A stretch of DNA of 64,000 nucleotides, from the NCBI GenBank assembly GCA_963770835.1, contig CAVYRH010000019.1:256001-320000 (forward strand), in the 5' to 3' direction. The notes under the pieces are model-generated. The model saw nothing but the letters and a program-made list of their open reading frames with translations. It made no database searches and was not told where the DNA came from. Position numbers and translations under genes: made by a program. Source of the DNA: an uncultured Pseudomonadota bacterium. GTDB lineage: Bacteria; Oederibacteriota; Muellerivitia; Muellerivitales; Muellerivitaceae. Positions 1-10,165 of this stretch are shown here, piece by piece (position 1 is the first letter of the stretch; every line of letters starts with the position of its first letter).

Positions 1-335
1 TTCGTGGCGGTTGAAATCGCGGTATTGGTGACGGTCGGAGTGGGGGTGAAAGTCGGCGTGGAGGTTGCGGTGTTGGCCACGGTGTTCGTCGGGCTGTTGG
101 TTCGTGTGGAAGAAGGCGTGGCGGTGGGGGTTAACGTTGGGGTGTTCGTTAAAGTATTGGCAATTGTGTTGGTGGCGGTGGAAGTTACGGTCTTAGTGGC
201 GGTAGCGCTAGGGGTTAAAGTGGGCGTATTGCTCGCGGTGGGCGACGGGGTTTTAGTCAACGTGTAAGTAGGACTGGGAGAAGGGGTATTCGTGGGCGTA
301 TAGGTCGGCGTAGTGGCCACCTGCGAGGGCGTGGG
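1..335 (-). repeat. Thr/Pro-rich low-complexity coding repeat (linker of the GH5 protein)
   Basis: Encodes [15 protein letters not shown]...; the plus strand gives a Val/Gly shadow ORF. Confidence 0.85.
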
Positions 336-2219
336 GGTGATGGGGAAAGACGAACCCGAAAGGCAGAAGTCATTGACCGAGAACCCGAGGGTCGTGGGGG
401 CTCCTTGTGTTTCCCATTGGAAGGAAATGATTTGGGTCATGGCTGCGGACTGGAACACCGTAGCTCCGCCGCTGGCGGTCGGAGGGCAGGCGCCTGTGCC
501 GCCACACCAGTCCTGGAATTCCATTCCGGCTAGGGGAATGCTTTCCTGGACCCAGGTGTTGGCCTGATTGACGACGAAATTTAAGCCGTATTGGTTGCCG
601 TTGCCGCCGCCGGGTAGCACGGTACCATTCCAAGTCACGGGCTGCTGGTTGATGAGGGGGTTGCTGGCCTGGAACCGGAGGGTCACCGGGGCCACTGAGG
701 TCCGGATATAGAACGAAAAATTCGTTACCCAGCTCAAGTTGGTGTAACCCTGGGTAAGTTCGGTGGCTAATCCGAACCCGGCGTAGGTAGCTGGGCTGGA
801 GGTTCCGTTTTCGCTGTAACCACCGGAGACAAAGGCTGAATAGGTTTCCCCAAAAGGCCCTGCATAAGAATTGTTCAGGATGGTCGAACAAGCATCATTA
901 GTGTCGGGACAGCTCATGTAGGAAAGCCAGGGGGTCTCGGGCGCACCGCTTCCCAAAGTAGTCCACCGGAAAGTAAACCATTTGCCGTTCAGGGTGTTAA
1001 CGGCGCTGGGATAGGGATAAGTGGGTGCAGTCGTGAAATTGGAGACCATGAAGCAGCCGCCCTGGGTGGGCGTGGCGGTGGGGGTATAGGTCGGCCCGCC
1101 GAGCGCGGTGTCGCAGGCCGGGTTGGCCGTACCTGTCAACGAGTTCTTGACAGGTACCCCGTGGTAGGCAGTGGCAGTGTAATTCCAATCCGAAATCAGG
1201 GTGGGGGGACCGGAGGTGTCCATCGTCCAAGCGGTCCAGCTGAGGTTGTTGGTATTAAGGTAACTGATGAAATTGTTGTCCCAAGTTCCCCCGTCAGGCG
1301 AGCAAGTGGAGCAGAGCCCGAACTCACCCACAAGGAAGGGATAGGTGGTCGTCGAAGCATTGACGGTCTGGTTTCCGTTATTGGAATAGATATGGGAATC
1401 GTACAAGACACCGTATCCGGTGGAATCGGTAAGGGGAAAGTTCGGTAGGATCGTGGAAAAATCGTTGCAGTAGGCCAACCCTCCTGCCAAGACGATGTTT
1501 TTTGGGCTTCCGGTCGCTCCCCTCACCGCAGCCAGCAAAGCCTTCATGCCCGGCGTGTTGAAGGAACCAGCCGATCCGCCGTTCAGCCAAACCGAGGCCG
1601 AAACCCCGTAGGGTTCGTTGTAAAGGTCGAACATAACCGCTGGGTTGTTGGCGTATCGGGCAGCTACGCTGCTCCAAAAGGTCACTGCGTTGTAGTCGGC
1701 CATTTCCTGTTGGGCGCTGGCGGTTCCCCAGCCTGCACCGGTGGTTGGAGCAGTCGCGGTACTGGATGTGCCCGACCAGTGAAGGTCCAAAATCACATAG
1801 CAGTTATTCTCGGAGCAGGTGTTGACGAGGTTATCCACAAGGGTGCGGTAACTGTCAGGATAGAAGAACCAACGGTCCTGGCTCAAAGGCAAACGGATCA
1901 CATTGCATTTCCACGTCGAAATGGCTTCGGCCGCAACGCCGGTGACCCCGCCTGTCGCTCCGGCGACATCGGTTCCAAACTCAAGACCGTCGATGTCCAC
2001 TCCCCTCAAGCGCACGGTGCATCCGCTGCTGTTATTGACGATGGCGGCTCCGTTGATTTTGAGTTGGGGAGGGGCGGCCTGTGCCGCATGGCCCAAAACG
2101 AGGAAAAGAAAGGCGACCCACGTGAATAAAAGGGCTGATGAGATTTTTTTGTTCCGGTCGGAAATAAAACCGCTTAAAACGTTTTGACCGAGGTGGCGAT
2201 CAAGAAAAGAGAACTTCAA
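1..2219 (-). CDS. Secreted GH5 (cellulase-family) glycoside hydrolase + CBM-like domain + Pro/Thr linker; 3'-partial, runs off window start
   Basis: Missing from the ORF track; translated by hand. TTG at 2219 follows GGAGG. Signal-like ...VLGHAAQA, then GH5 motifs NVIRLP, YVILDLHW, MFDLYNEP (acid/base), YDSHIY, FLVGEFG (nucleophile), SWTAW, then a beta-sandwich-like domain (NTWVQESIPL) and TPT repeats. Confidence 0.88.
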   Translation of the reverse strand, partial: MKFSFLDRHLGQNVLSGFISDRNKKISSALLFTWVAFLFLVLGHAAQAAPPQLKINGAAIVNNSSGCTVRLRGVDIDGLEFGTDVAGATGGVTGVAAEAISTWKCNVIRLPLSQDRWFFYPDSYRTLVDNLVNTCSENNCYVILDLHWSGTSSTATAPTTGAGWGTASAQQEMADYNAVTFWSSVAARYANNPAVMFDLYNEPYGVSASVWLNGGSAGSFNTPGMKALLAAVRGATGSPKNIVLAGGLAYCNDFSTILPNFPLTDSTGYGVLYDSHIYSNNGNQTVNASTTTYPFLVGEFGLCSTCSPDGGTWDNNFISYLNTNNLSWTAWTMDTSGPPTLISDWNYTATAYHGVPVKNSLTGTANPACDTALGGPTYTPTATPTQGGCFMVSNFTTAPTYPYPSAVNTLNGKWFTFRWTTLGSGAPETPWLSYMSCPDTNDACSTILNNSYAGPFGETYSAFVSGGYSENGTSSPATYAGFGLATELTQGYTNLSWVTNFSFYIRTSVAPVTLRFQASNPLINQQPVTWNGTVLPGGGNGNQYGLNFVVNQANTWVQESIPLAGMEFQDWCGGTGACPPTASGGATVFQSAAMTQIISFQWETQGAPTTLGFSVNDFCLSGSSFPITPTPSQVATTPTYTPTNTPSPSPTYTLTKTPSPTASNTPTLTPSATATKTVTSTATNTIANTLTNTPTLTPTATPSSTRTNSPTNTVANTATSTPTFTPTPTVTNTAISTAT

Positions 2220-2587
2220 AAGAGCCTCCGTAATGATATAAAAGGCCCCTCCCCACGGCAGTGGAGATGGATTAAGTTAATTTTAACTCAATTATTCCAA
2301 CAGTGGGCGCGGACTGATGGAATTTCCGGGATCAAATTTAACGAGCAACCAGGGTAAATAAAAAATAATTTTCAAATTCAAAAAAACAACCGATCACAGA
2401 AGGCGTTCCGTCCATCCAACTTTCTCTTTTCCCTTCTTTTAGAAGATAAAGCGGGATCGTAAAAATCCCGCTCCACTCTTTAAAGCCTATTCGGGACGAA
2501 AATGAAAATCTCCCTCTATCAACCATAAACGAAGCTATAATCACTTTTCTAGTTAATTGCGGAGTCATTTCAATCGGGGAGAGAGTA

Positions 2588-3220
2588 ATGAAGTTTAAAC
2601 TTTTTTCGGCCCTATCGGTGATCCTTTTCATGGTGGTGCTTCAAACATTTTTGGGTTGTAGCCGCGCGGCTCCAACCCTAGCACCCACCATCCCTCCCCA
2701 AATGATTTGGAGTAACGGATCTGTAGGAATTTGGTTCAACAATGCCTTAACGGCTAATACGGGAGGCTGCAACACGACCGGCTCAACCGTTGCAGTCACT
2801 GATCCCATTTCGGGAGATACCAACACCCTTCGTTTGACCGCAACGGGTGCCTGTGGGTTTTACTATTTCTCTGCCACCGCCGACGCAAACCCTTTTGTTT
2901 ACTATTCCACGGGCCACTTGCAGTTTGACATCCGCTTGGAACAACCCCCAGCTAACATCACGTCCATGAATATTCAATACCTCAATTATTTGGTCACCGG
3001 GAATTACGCCGAATATAATTTCCCTGTGAGTTTCATTAATTCCCTCAGCACATCCTCCTTTACCCATGTTTCCCTGCCCTTTACATCTTTTACGGCGGCA
3101 ACGACGGGGGGAAATGGGTACTACCAGAACAGCGTCGATACGCCCTTTCAAATTTCCTGGAGCGCCACTGGTTCCGGAACCGCGATGACGGTTGACGATG
3201 TCGTTTGGACGTCGAATTAG
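2588..3220 (+). CDS. Putative lipoprotein with carbohydrate-binding (galactose-binding-like/CBM) domain
   Basis: Lipobox FLGC, PT linker, GHLQFDIR...FTHVSLPF...VDDVVW pattern typical of CBM11/CBM30-like jelly rolls. Confidence 0.6.
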   Translation: MKFKLFSALSVILFMVVLQTFLGCSRAAPTLAPTIPPQMIWSNGSVGIWFNNALTANTGGCNTTGSTVAVTDPISGDTNTLRLTATGACGFYYFSATADANPFVYYSTGHLQFDIRLEQPPANITSMNIQYLNYLVTGNYAEYNFPVSFINSLSTSSFTHVSLPFTSFTAATTGGNGYYQNSVDTPFQISWSATGSGTAMTVDDVVWTSN

Positions 3221-3371
3221 CTTCCAGGTTTGAATCGGCTCAAGTAGAGGCTGAAGCCGGGTCCTGGTCCAGCCCCAGTATCTTCTGATCGTCTTCCAGG
3301 CTTAAGGCGTTAACCTTTCCCGGGCGCTTTCACCGCAACCCTTTTTTTATGCCCACCCTGGCCCCACAAAC

Positions 3372-3403
3372 AAAAAAGCCCGGGGAAACTTCCCGGGCTT
3401 TTT
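3372..3403. terminator. Bidirectional intrinsic terminator
   Basis: AAAAAAGCCCGGG-gaaactt-CCCGGGCTTTTT between convergent genes. Confidence 0.85.
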
Positions 3404-3426
3404 AAAATTACTAACTCCTCACTCAG

Positions 3427-4527
3427 CTATCTTACCTTGATCGGTTCTCCCGCCTTAGCGTACTTGGCGATAAAGGCCTCCACGAGCTCATGGGCTTCCG
3501 AGTCCGAATATTGGACAGGCGGCGTCTTGAAGAAATAAGAGGAAGGTCCTTCCAGGGCCCCGGCCAACTTGGAATCCAAAGCCAGCCTGCAGCAACGGAT
3601 GGCGTCGATGCCGACTCCTGCGCTATTGGGCGAATCCCACACTTCCAGTTTCAGTTCGATGCTCACCGGTACGTCGCCGAATTCCCGGCCTTCCAGGCGG
3701 ATATGGGCCCATTTACGGTCCTGCAGCCACGGCACATAATCCGAGGGGCCGATGTAGATGTCCTCCGGTTTAATGGGATGTGACAACTGGCTGACCACCG
3801 CCCCCGTCTTGGAGATTTTTTTGGATTCTAGCCTTTCCCTTTCCAACATGTTCTTGAAATCCATATTGCCGCCGAAGTTCAGCTGGGAGGTCCGGTCCAA
3901 GGCGACACCCCGGTCGGAGAACATCTTGGCGAGTACCCGGTGAGTAATGGTGGCCCCAACTTGGGCCTTGATATCGTCGCCCAGGATGGGCAGGCCAGCC
4001 GCTTCGAATTTCTTGGCCCAAGCTGGGTTGGAGGCAATGAAGACCGGCATGCAATTGACGACTCCCACCCCTGCCTTGATGGCCTCATTCATGTAAAACT
4101 TGGTAGCTTCCTCGCTGCCAACCGGAAGGTAATTGATGAGCACGTCGGTCTTGGTTTCCGTAAGGATCTTGGCTACATCCATCGGTTTCTCCGACGATTC
4201 AGTCACGACTTCCCGGTAGTACTTGCCCAGTCCGTCATAAGTATGTCCGCGGTACACCTGCACACCCAGGTTGGGAACATCGCAGAACTTAATGGTGTTG
4301 TTGATGGGGGCAAAAATGGCCTGGCCCAAGTCTTTCCCGACCTTGTTGGAGTCCACGTCGAAGGCGCAGGAGAATTCGACATCGCCCACGTGGTATTTGC
4401 CCAGCCGGACGTGCATCAGGCCGGGAACAAAGCCCTCTTCCTCGGCGTTTTGGTAATAGCGCACCCCCTGAACCAAGGATGAGGCGCAACAACCCACACC
4501 GACGACGGCCACTCGAATTTTAGGCAT
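3427..4527 (-). CDS. ino1: myo-inositol-1(3)-phosphate synthase
   Basis: [57 protein letters not shown]; short actinobacterial/archaeal-type MIPS. Confidence 0.95.
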   Translation of the reverse strand: MPKIRVAVVGVGCCASSLVQGVRYYQNAEEEGFVPGLMHVRLGKYHVGDVEFSCAFDVDSNKVGKDLGQAIFAPINNTIKFCDVPNLGVQVYRGHTYDGLGKYYREVVTESSEKPMDVAKILTETKTDVLINYLPVGSEEATKFYMNEAIKAGVGVVNCMPVFIASNPAWAKKFEAAGLPILGDDIKAQVGATITHRVLAKMFSDRGVALDRTSQLNFGGNMDFKNMLERERLESKKISKTGAVVSQLSHPIKPEDIYIGPSDYVPWLQDRKWAHIRLEGREFGDVPVSIELKLEVWDSPNSAGVGIDAIRCCRLALDSKLAGALEGPSSYFFKTPPVQYSDSEAHELVEAFIAKYAKAGEPIKVR

Positions 4528-4557
4528 GAACTCGAAGCCTCCTGAAAGAATGACAAC

Positions 4558-5163
4558 CTACCTACCGCCAAGACGGCGCGTTTTGCTCCAAACCCAGTGT
4601 ATTCTCTGCCCTATCGTTACCAGGGACAAAATCCCCACCAATGCCAAGACCCCGGAAAGCCAACCTGCCATGAGCCCCAAAGCCAACAATATCACCCTTC
4701 CCGGCCTAGGCAATATCCCTACTTCACATTTTATCCCAAGGCCCTCGGCCCGGGCCCGGGTGTAGGAAACCAACAACGACAATATACAGACGCTAAAAGA
4801 CAGCAAAAGGTTCAGAAATTCCTGATGCTGGCCATAATACAATAGAAAACCTCCAAAAACGAAGGCTTCTGAAATGCGGTCCAGGGTGGAATCCCAAAAA
4901 GCTCCAAAAGGCCCCAGCAGGCCGCTGTTACGGGCAATGGAGCCGTCCAGGATATCGAAAACCCCCCCACCCAAAAGCCACAGGCCCGCCGCGAGCCAAT
5001 TTTCCCTGAGTGTTTCCACCGGCACCATCAGCGTCACCAGCACTCCAGTCAAAGTCACCAGGTTGGGGTGGATTTTAAGGGAAGTCAAAAAACAGGTAAG
5101 GGGAGAAAGAGTGCGGTCAATCCACGATTTAAGGCCGTTCTTTTTCCGGGAAAAAGTCTTGAT
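4558..5163 (-). CDS. pgsA: CDP-alcohol phosphatidyltransferase, likely phosphatidylinositol-phosphate synthase; start uncertain (ATC 5163 or TTG 5088)
   Basis: DILDGSIAR...GAFWDSTLD signature, SYTRARAEGLG; directly upstream of ino1. Confidence 0.85.
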   Translation of the reverse strand: MKTFSRKKNGLKSWIDRTLSPLTCFLTSLKIHPNLVTLTGVLVTLMVPVETLRENWLAAGLWLLGGGVFDILDGSIARNSGLLGPFGAFWDSTLDRISEAFVFGGFLLYYGQHQEFLNLLLSFSVCILSLLVSYTRARAEGLGIKCEVGILPRPGRVILLALGLMAGWLSGVLALVGILSLVTIGQRIHWVWSKTRRLGGR

Positions 5164-5181
5164 GGAGCCGCTCCGTGAGTT

Positions 5182-5919
5182 TTATTTGAGCGAGAACCGT
5201 TCGCCGAGGTAAATTTCCCTGGCCTTTTTGTTGGAAGCCAGTTTGTTCGCCGTGCCTGAGAGAAGAATCTTGCCCTCGAACATGATATAGGCCCGGTCCA
5301 CGATGGAAAGGGTCTCCCGGACGTTGTGGTCGGTGATGAGGATGCCGATCTGTTTTTTCTTGAGAAACCGGATGATGCCCTGGATGTCCTGCACGGCGAT
5401 CGGATCGATCCCGACGAAAGGTTCGTCCAAGAGGATGAAGTGGGGCTGTAGCACCAGGGCCCGGGCGATTTCCACCCGCCGCCTCTCCCCGCCCGAAAGG
5501 GTATAGGCTTTCTGCTTGGCCAAGTGTGAAACCTTCAATTCATTAAGCAGTTCCTTCTTCCGTTTTTCCTGGTCCACTCGCGAGAGAGGCGTCAACTCCA
5601 GGATTGCCATGAGGTTTTCCTCTACTGTCAGTTTTCGGAAAATGGAAGCTTCCTGCGGCAGGTAGGCTATTCCTAGGCGCGCCCGCTTATACATAGGCAT
5701 GTGGGTAATGTCGTGGGTGGTGCCGTCCTCCTCGAAAAAAACCTGCCCCGCGTCGGGAGCGATAAACCCGGTGGCCATGTAAAAGGTGGTTGTTTTGCCT
5801 GCGCCATTGGGGCCCAACAAGCCCACCACTTCACCCTGTTGGACTTCGATGGAAACGTGGTCCACGACCTTTTTTTTGTTGTAAAGCTTCACGAGGTTCT
5901 GGGTTCGAAGGACTTTCAT
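5182..5919 (-). CDS. lptB: LPS export ABC transporter ATPase
   Basis: GPNGAGKTTTFY, YLPQEASIFRKL, LSGGERRRVEIAR, LDEPF, ITDHNVRETL. Confidence 0.96.
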   Translation of the reverse strand: MKVLRTQNLVKLYNKKKVVDHVSIEVQQGEVVGLLGPNGAGKTTTFYMATGFIAPDAGQVFFEEDGTTHDITHMPMYKRARLGIAYLPQEASIFRKLTVEENLMAILELTPLSRVDQEKRKKELLNELKVSHLAKQKAYTLSGGERRRVEIARALVLQPHFILLDEPFVGIDPIAVQDIQGIIRFLKKKQIGILITDHNVRETLSIVDRAYIMFEGKILLSGTANKLASNKKAREIYLGERFSLK

Positions 5920-5954
5920 AAATACCTTTTCAAGAACGTTTTAACTCCGGGCGG

Positions 5955-6992
5955 CTACCAAAGTGGGCCTCCCGGCCTTAATTGGCCCTGGCCGGGGATA
6001 CCGACCGGCGTCGCGGACGGTTGAGTGGAATCATTATGGCTTAAATTACCGTTGTCCGCCACGGGCGTGCCGGTGCCATTGGGGGCGCTGGGACCACCAC
6101 GCCCGGTGACCGGCCCGCCCGCCGCCTTAGTGGTCACGGGCTTCCCATTGGGATTGAAGATCGCGTCGGCCATCCCTTCGACCATGACGGTTCGGTCCAT
6201 GCCAAGATCGGCGGTGATCCGGCGGCCGGAAAGCAACCCATTGTCGGTATAAACCTTGGGACCGTCCTCCAGGATGAACTTGTCCTCCTTGGAAAGAAAC
6301 GTGGCCTTTTGCGCCTCGGCCGTTCCTTCTTTATGGAGAATTTGGACATTTTGATTGATGACCACTGTTTTCCTCACGGAGTCGATCTCCATTTGCCGGC
6401 CCAGGACCGTGATGGGCTGGTTGTTTTCGTCCTGTGTTGTTAAAAGAGGGTGATCATGGGCCGTCATCAGGTCCATCAGGTCCTGGTATTCGAGGTTGCC
6501 GCAAGTGAGAGTAATGCCCTGGCTGTGGTCCACCACTACAACGTGACCGGCGGCGGTGGCCTGCCGGTTTTCCTCCAGGGCCCGGATTTGATCGGCCAGG
6601 AGAACTACCTGATCATGGATGGCCTTTACATTGCCCGTAAAGAGGGTAAGCCCTTGGCGGCGCTCAAACGTCAAATCATGGGATGTAATATTGACCGGCT
6701 TTTGAGAGGAAACATCCCGGTCGTCCTTGACTTCGAAGGCATGAAGTAAGCCTGCCGCTCCCCCCAAAAAGGCGAGGAGCACCGAAAACCCCAAAACTCT
6801 AAAAGGGTTCAGGAAAAATAATTTTGCACCCTGTCGGTAGCCACGGGTTAGGAGTGAATCACGACGCAGATATGCTACCCACTTCAACTTTTTGAAAAAT
6901 TGAATGGAAAATGGGTACGTCCCAATGCCCTTTGGGTTTTTTGGGCCAAAGAGGCATCGGAGAAAATTCTGTCTTTGAGGCTTTTTCATCAT
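5955..6992 (-). CDS. lptA: LptA/OstA-like LPS transport periplasmic protein; true start probably downstream of 6992
   Basis: PVNITSHDL...FTGNVKA beta-jellyroll pattern; lies between lptC and lptB. Confidence 0.75.
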   Translation of the reverse strand: MMKKPQRQNFLRCLFGPKNPKGIGTYPFSIQFFKKLKWVAYLRRDSLLTRGYRQGAKLFFLNPFRVLGFSVLLAFLGGAAGLLHAFEVKDDRDVSSQKPVNITSHDLTFERRQGLTLFTGNVKAIHDQVVLLADQIRALEENRQATAAGHVVVVDHSQGITLTCGNLEYQDLMDLMTAHDHPLLTTQDENNQPITVLGRQMEIDSVRKTVVINQNVQILHKEGTAEAQKATFLSKEDKFILEDGPKVYTDNGLLSGRRITADLGMDRTVMVEGMADAIFNPNGKPVTTKAAGGPVTGRGGPSAPNGTGTPVADNGNLSHNDSTQPSATPVGIPGQGQLRPGGPLW

Positions 6993-6996
6993 CTAG

Positions 6997-7668
6997 TCAA
7001 AACGGCTTAGGTTTTGAAAAGTTCTGGAGCTCATGAGTATCCCGCACCTTTGTCTGCACGTCCCTCGTGAACCGGATGTTGTCGAGCTGTGTATCCGCCA
7101 CCATTCCAACGGCGGTGATGTCGTCCTCGCCCTTATAGACATGAACCCACCCTTCGGTCTTGATCATGTCCGTGTCCGGATTCCAATTGAGCTTATCCGT
7201 TTCTAGCTTCGACCCGTTCTCCACGATCAATTCCACATGCCCTTCCGCTTCCGTGGCGTTGGTGTCAGTGTTTACAATAGCGTGGTCCGCGGTCAAGGTC
7301 GAAGTAAGTTTGTCCTTCTTGTAATATTGGGCGTAAATATTATCCGAATAGGCTTCCTTTTGGTTTTGGTAAAGGCGGGCAATGTCGGCATAGAATTCCC
7401 ATCGTTTTTTTCCCTGGACCGTCGACACCAGGTGGAATTTCTCGATGATTGCGTCTGGTGAGTTCTCCCCCTGGGAAACGGTCTCCGGGCTGGAGGGGGC
7501 GGGCTTGCTTTGTAGGAGCCCCAAAGCCAGCAAACCGATCAAAAAAGCGGCGGTTCCTAAAAACCAAAAATAACGCTTCAAGCGGATGGAGCGTGGTTCC
7601 TCCTCGGGAATATCCAGGATGGGGTCGGGCGGCGGTAGGATTGCTTTTCTTTTTCTCATCTTTCCCAT
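6997..7668 (-). CDS. lptC: LPS export protein LptC
   Basis: Single N-terminal TM; GKKRWE...LTAD...GHV...LETDKLNW...AVGMVAD pattern; synteny. Confidence 0.85.
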   Translation of the reverse strand: MGKMRKRKAILPPPDPILDIPEEEPRSIRLKRYFWFLGTAAFLIGLLALGLLQSKPAPSSPETVSQGENSPDAIIEKFHLVSTVQGKKRWEFYADIARLYQNQKEAYSDNIYAQYYKKDKLTSTLTADHAIVNTDTNATEAEGHVELIVENGSKLETDKLNWNPDTDMIKTEGWVHVYKGEDDITAVGMVADTQLDNIRFTRDVQTKVRDTHELQNFSKPKPF

Positions 7669-7681
7669 TTTAGACGTTCCT

Positions 7682-8284
7682 TTAAGCGAAAACGTCGTTG
7701 GAAAAAGCGGCTTTGTCGCCGTTGGCTTGGTGAAACCGTTTCACGGCCCTTCCCCATCGGTTTTGGGCCTTCAAAATTTTTTCCACCGCTTCCCGGAAGG
7801 CCCCTTCCCCCGCCGAAGCCCGGGTAACGTAATGAACGGCCTTTTTCACTTCCAACCGCCCGTAAGGAACCGTGGCGGACCAGCCGACACGGGTTAAAAG
7901 TGGAAGGTCGATGAGGTCATCCCCCATATAAGCCACTTGGGAAAGGTTTAAGCGGAGCTTCCGGCAAAGGTTTTGGGCAACGGTCAGTTTGTCCAGTTTG
8001 CCTTGATAAAGGAATGGCACCTTCAAGTGTTTGGCCCTTTTAGCCACCGGTTTGGAAAGTCGTCCGGAGAGCCAGCCCACGGGCAGTCCGCCACAGGCGG
8101 CCAACCGGTGGCCGATACCATCCTGGATATCGAATCCGATGAATTCTTCCTTCAAGCCCAGGAAAACCTTGCCGTTGGTCAGAACCCCGTCCACGTCGGT
8201 TAAAAACAGTTTGATGTTTTGAATGCTCATTTTTTCGTCGGTTTTTCTTTTTTGAATTTTTGCTGGTACCCGCCGCCGATACAC
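7682..8284 (-). CDS. kdsC: KDO-8-phosphate phosphatase (HAD); alternative start 8230
   Basis: DVDGVLT, DIQDG, YMGDDLIDLP, GEGAFREAVE. Confidence 0.92.
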   Translation of the reverse strand: MYRRRVPAKIQKRKTDEKMSIQNIKLFLTDVDGVLTNGKVFLGLKEEFIGFDIQDGIGHRLAACGGLPVGWLSGRLSKPVAKRAKHLKVPFLYQGKLDKLTVAQNLCRKLRLNLSQVAYMGDDLIDLPLLTRVGWSATVPYGRLEVKKAVHYVTRASAGEGAFREAVEKILKAQNRWGRAVKRFHQANGDKAAFSNDVFA

Positions 8285-8295
8285 AATAGCTGCCT

Positions 8296-9264
8296 CTAAA
8301 CGATCCTAATTCTTCCCCGCCCCAAAAGGTCATGCAGGTGGACCAAACCCACCGGCCGGTTTTGGGAATCCACCACAATCAGCTGGAAAATTGTTTTTTC
8401 TTCCATCAACTGGAGGGCCTGGGCGAGGGATGCCTCCGTGGAAACAGTCGCCGGACGGGGGCTGCGAAGGTTTGAAGCATTCCAATGTCGGATATCGGAA
8501 TTCTTCAGGAGTGCCCGGCGTAAATCGCCGTCCACGATGATTCCTTTGAGTTTTCGTCCAGGGCCCACCACGCAGGTGGAACCAACTTTCTTGGCATTGA
8601 TTTCCCGCACAATCCGTTGGAAAGGCGCGCCCAGGACCACTTTCGGCACTTGGCTTCCCTTTCGCATAATATCGACCACCCTCAACTGCAGGCGCCGGCC
8701 CAATTCTCCCGCCGGGTGAAAAAGGGCGAAATCCTTCTCTGTAAAACCATGTGCCTCCATGAGAGCCACCGCCAGGGCATCGCCCATGGCCAAAGCCGCC
8801 GTGGTGCTGGCGGTGGGCGCCAAGCGCAAGGGGCAAGCTTCTTTTTTAATCCCCACATCCACCACCACGTCACTCAATCGGGCCATGGCGGAATGGAGGC
8901 TGCCCGTAAAAAGAATGATGCGGCAGCCCATCCGCCGCAAAAGAGGTAGGAGGGTTTTTAGTTCGTCAGTTTCGCCGCTGTTGGAAAGGGCCAGCACCAC
9001 GTCGCCCTTGGAAGCCTTTCCCATGTCCCCATGAAGGGCTTCGGCGGGGCTGAGGAAAAGCGCGGGGGTTCCGGTGGAGGAAAGGGTGGCGGCGATTTTC
9101 TGGCCTACCAAGCCGGATTTTCCCATGCCCGTAACGACCACCCGCCCCTTGGATTGAAGAACGAGTTTCACCGCCGCCGCGAAGGAGAGACCAGTTTTAC
9201 GGGAGAGCTGCAAAAGCCCCTCGGCTTCAATTCTGAGGACCCTTTTGGCCGTCGAAACGCTCAT
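8296..9264 (-). CDS. kdsD: Arabinose-5-phosphate isomerase (KpsF/GutQ; SIS + 2 CBS)
   Basis: TGMGKSG, EALHGDMG, SNSGET, APTASTT, FHPAGELG, VHLHDLL. Confidence 0.95.
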   Translation of the reverse strand: MSVSTAKRVLRIEAEGLLQLSRKTGLSFAAAVKLVLQSKGRVVVTGMGKSGLVGQKIAATLSSTGTPALFLSPAEALHGDMGKASKGDVVLALSNSGETDELKTLLPLLRRMGCRIILFTGSLHSAMARLSDVVVDVGIKKEACPLRLAPTASTTAALAMGDALAVALMEAHGFTEKDFALFHPAGELGRRLQLRVVDIMRKGSQVPKVVLGAPFQRIVREINAKKVGSTCVVGPGRKLKGIIVDGDLRRALLKNSDIRHWNASNLRSPRPATVSTEASLAQALQLMEEKTIFQLIVVDSQNRPVGLVHLHDLLGRGRIRIV

Positions 9265-9305
9265 CAAGTGCTCCATATCATCCACCGGGTTTGCGGTTAA
9301 TACTT

Positions 9306-10016
9306 TTATTCTTTCGAATAAAGGTACCGGCCGCAGGTACAGCGCTGGACGGCGATATTTTTCCGCAGTTCATTAAGGATTTGGGGCGGGATGTTCATGT
9401 GACAGCCGCTGCAGGTATGATCCTCCTGGACTTTGGCCACTGCGATTTTTTTACCGCTGCTCCTCAATTGCTCATATCCCTGGGCGAACTCCTCGGGCAA
9501 GCCAGCCAGTTGTTTCTGGTGCTCACCTTTCTTCTCTTGGACCGATTGGTCGCAATCGGAAAGCCTCTGTTGAATTCCCTTTTTATCCTCGGCGGCCTTT
9601 TTTTCCGCCTGTGCCAAATCCTGGTTCAGTTTTTGGATCTTGGCCTTCTGGTCGTCATCCTTGAAAAGAAATTCAAGAACCTTTTCTTCGGCCTTGGCTT
9701 TTTCTTCCTTTCCCTTCTCTATCTCCTGTTTCAAAGCGGTAAATTGCTCGTTGCTCTTGACCTCGTTTTGTTGGCCTAAATACTTGGAGATCTTGGTGTC
9801 CAGCGTCCCGATCTCGATTTCCAGGGTCTTCCGCTGCTTGGCCAGGTCCTCCAAGACTTTTTTCTCATCCCGGATGAGGTTTTTGAGTTCGGTGACATGG
9901 GTTTCCAATGTGGCGATCTCTTGGTTAAAGCCTTTTTTGAGGCGTTCCAGGTCATCCAAACCAGAATCGATGGTTTGAAGTTCCGCAAGTTTTTCTAACG
10001 TTTCGGCGAAATGCAA
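9306..10016 (-). CDS. Coiled-coil protein with C-terminal zinc ribbon (DUF164/CT398-like)
   Basis: LAELQTIDS start, long coiled coil, CSGCHM...RCTCGRYLY. Confidence 0.85.
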   Translation of the reverse strand: MHFAETLEKLAELQTIDSGLDDLERLKKGFNQEIATLETHVTELKNLIRDEKKVLEDLAKQRKTLEIEIGTLDTKISKYLGQQNEVKSNEQFTALKQEIEKGKEEKAKAEEKVLEFLFKDDDQKAKIQKLNQDLAQAEKKAAEDKKGIQQRLSDCDQSVQEKKGEHQKQLAGLPEEFAQGYEQLRSSGKKIAVAKVQEDHTCSGCHMNIPPQILNELRKNIAVQRCTCGRYLYSKE

Positions 10017-10165
10017 AATTTATTTTCCTTTTAATGGTAATGGGCTGTCCCAGCTGGAAGACGGGGTTGAAGTTTAACACGGGGCCGTGGTCTTTTCCCC
10101 TATAAACAACGGGGAAACGGTTGTTAAAATGTGGGAAAACAATGATTCCAGGATTGTGAGGCGCC

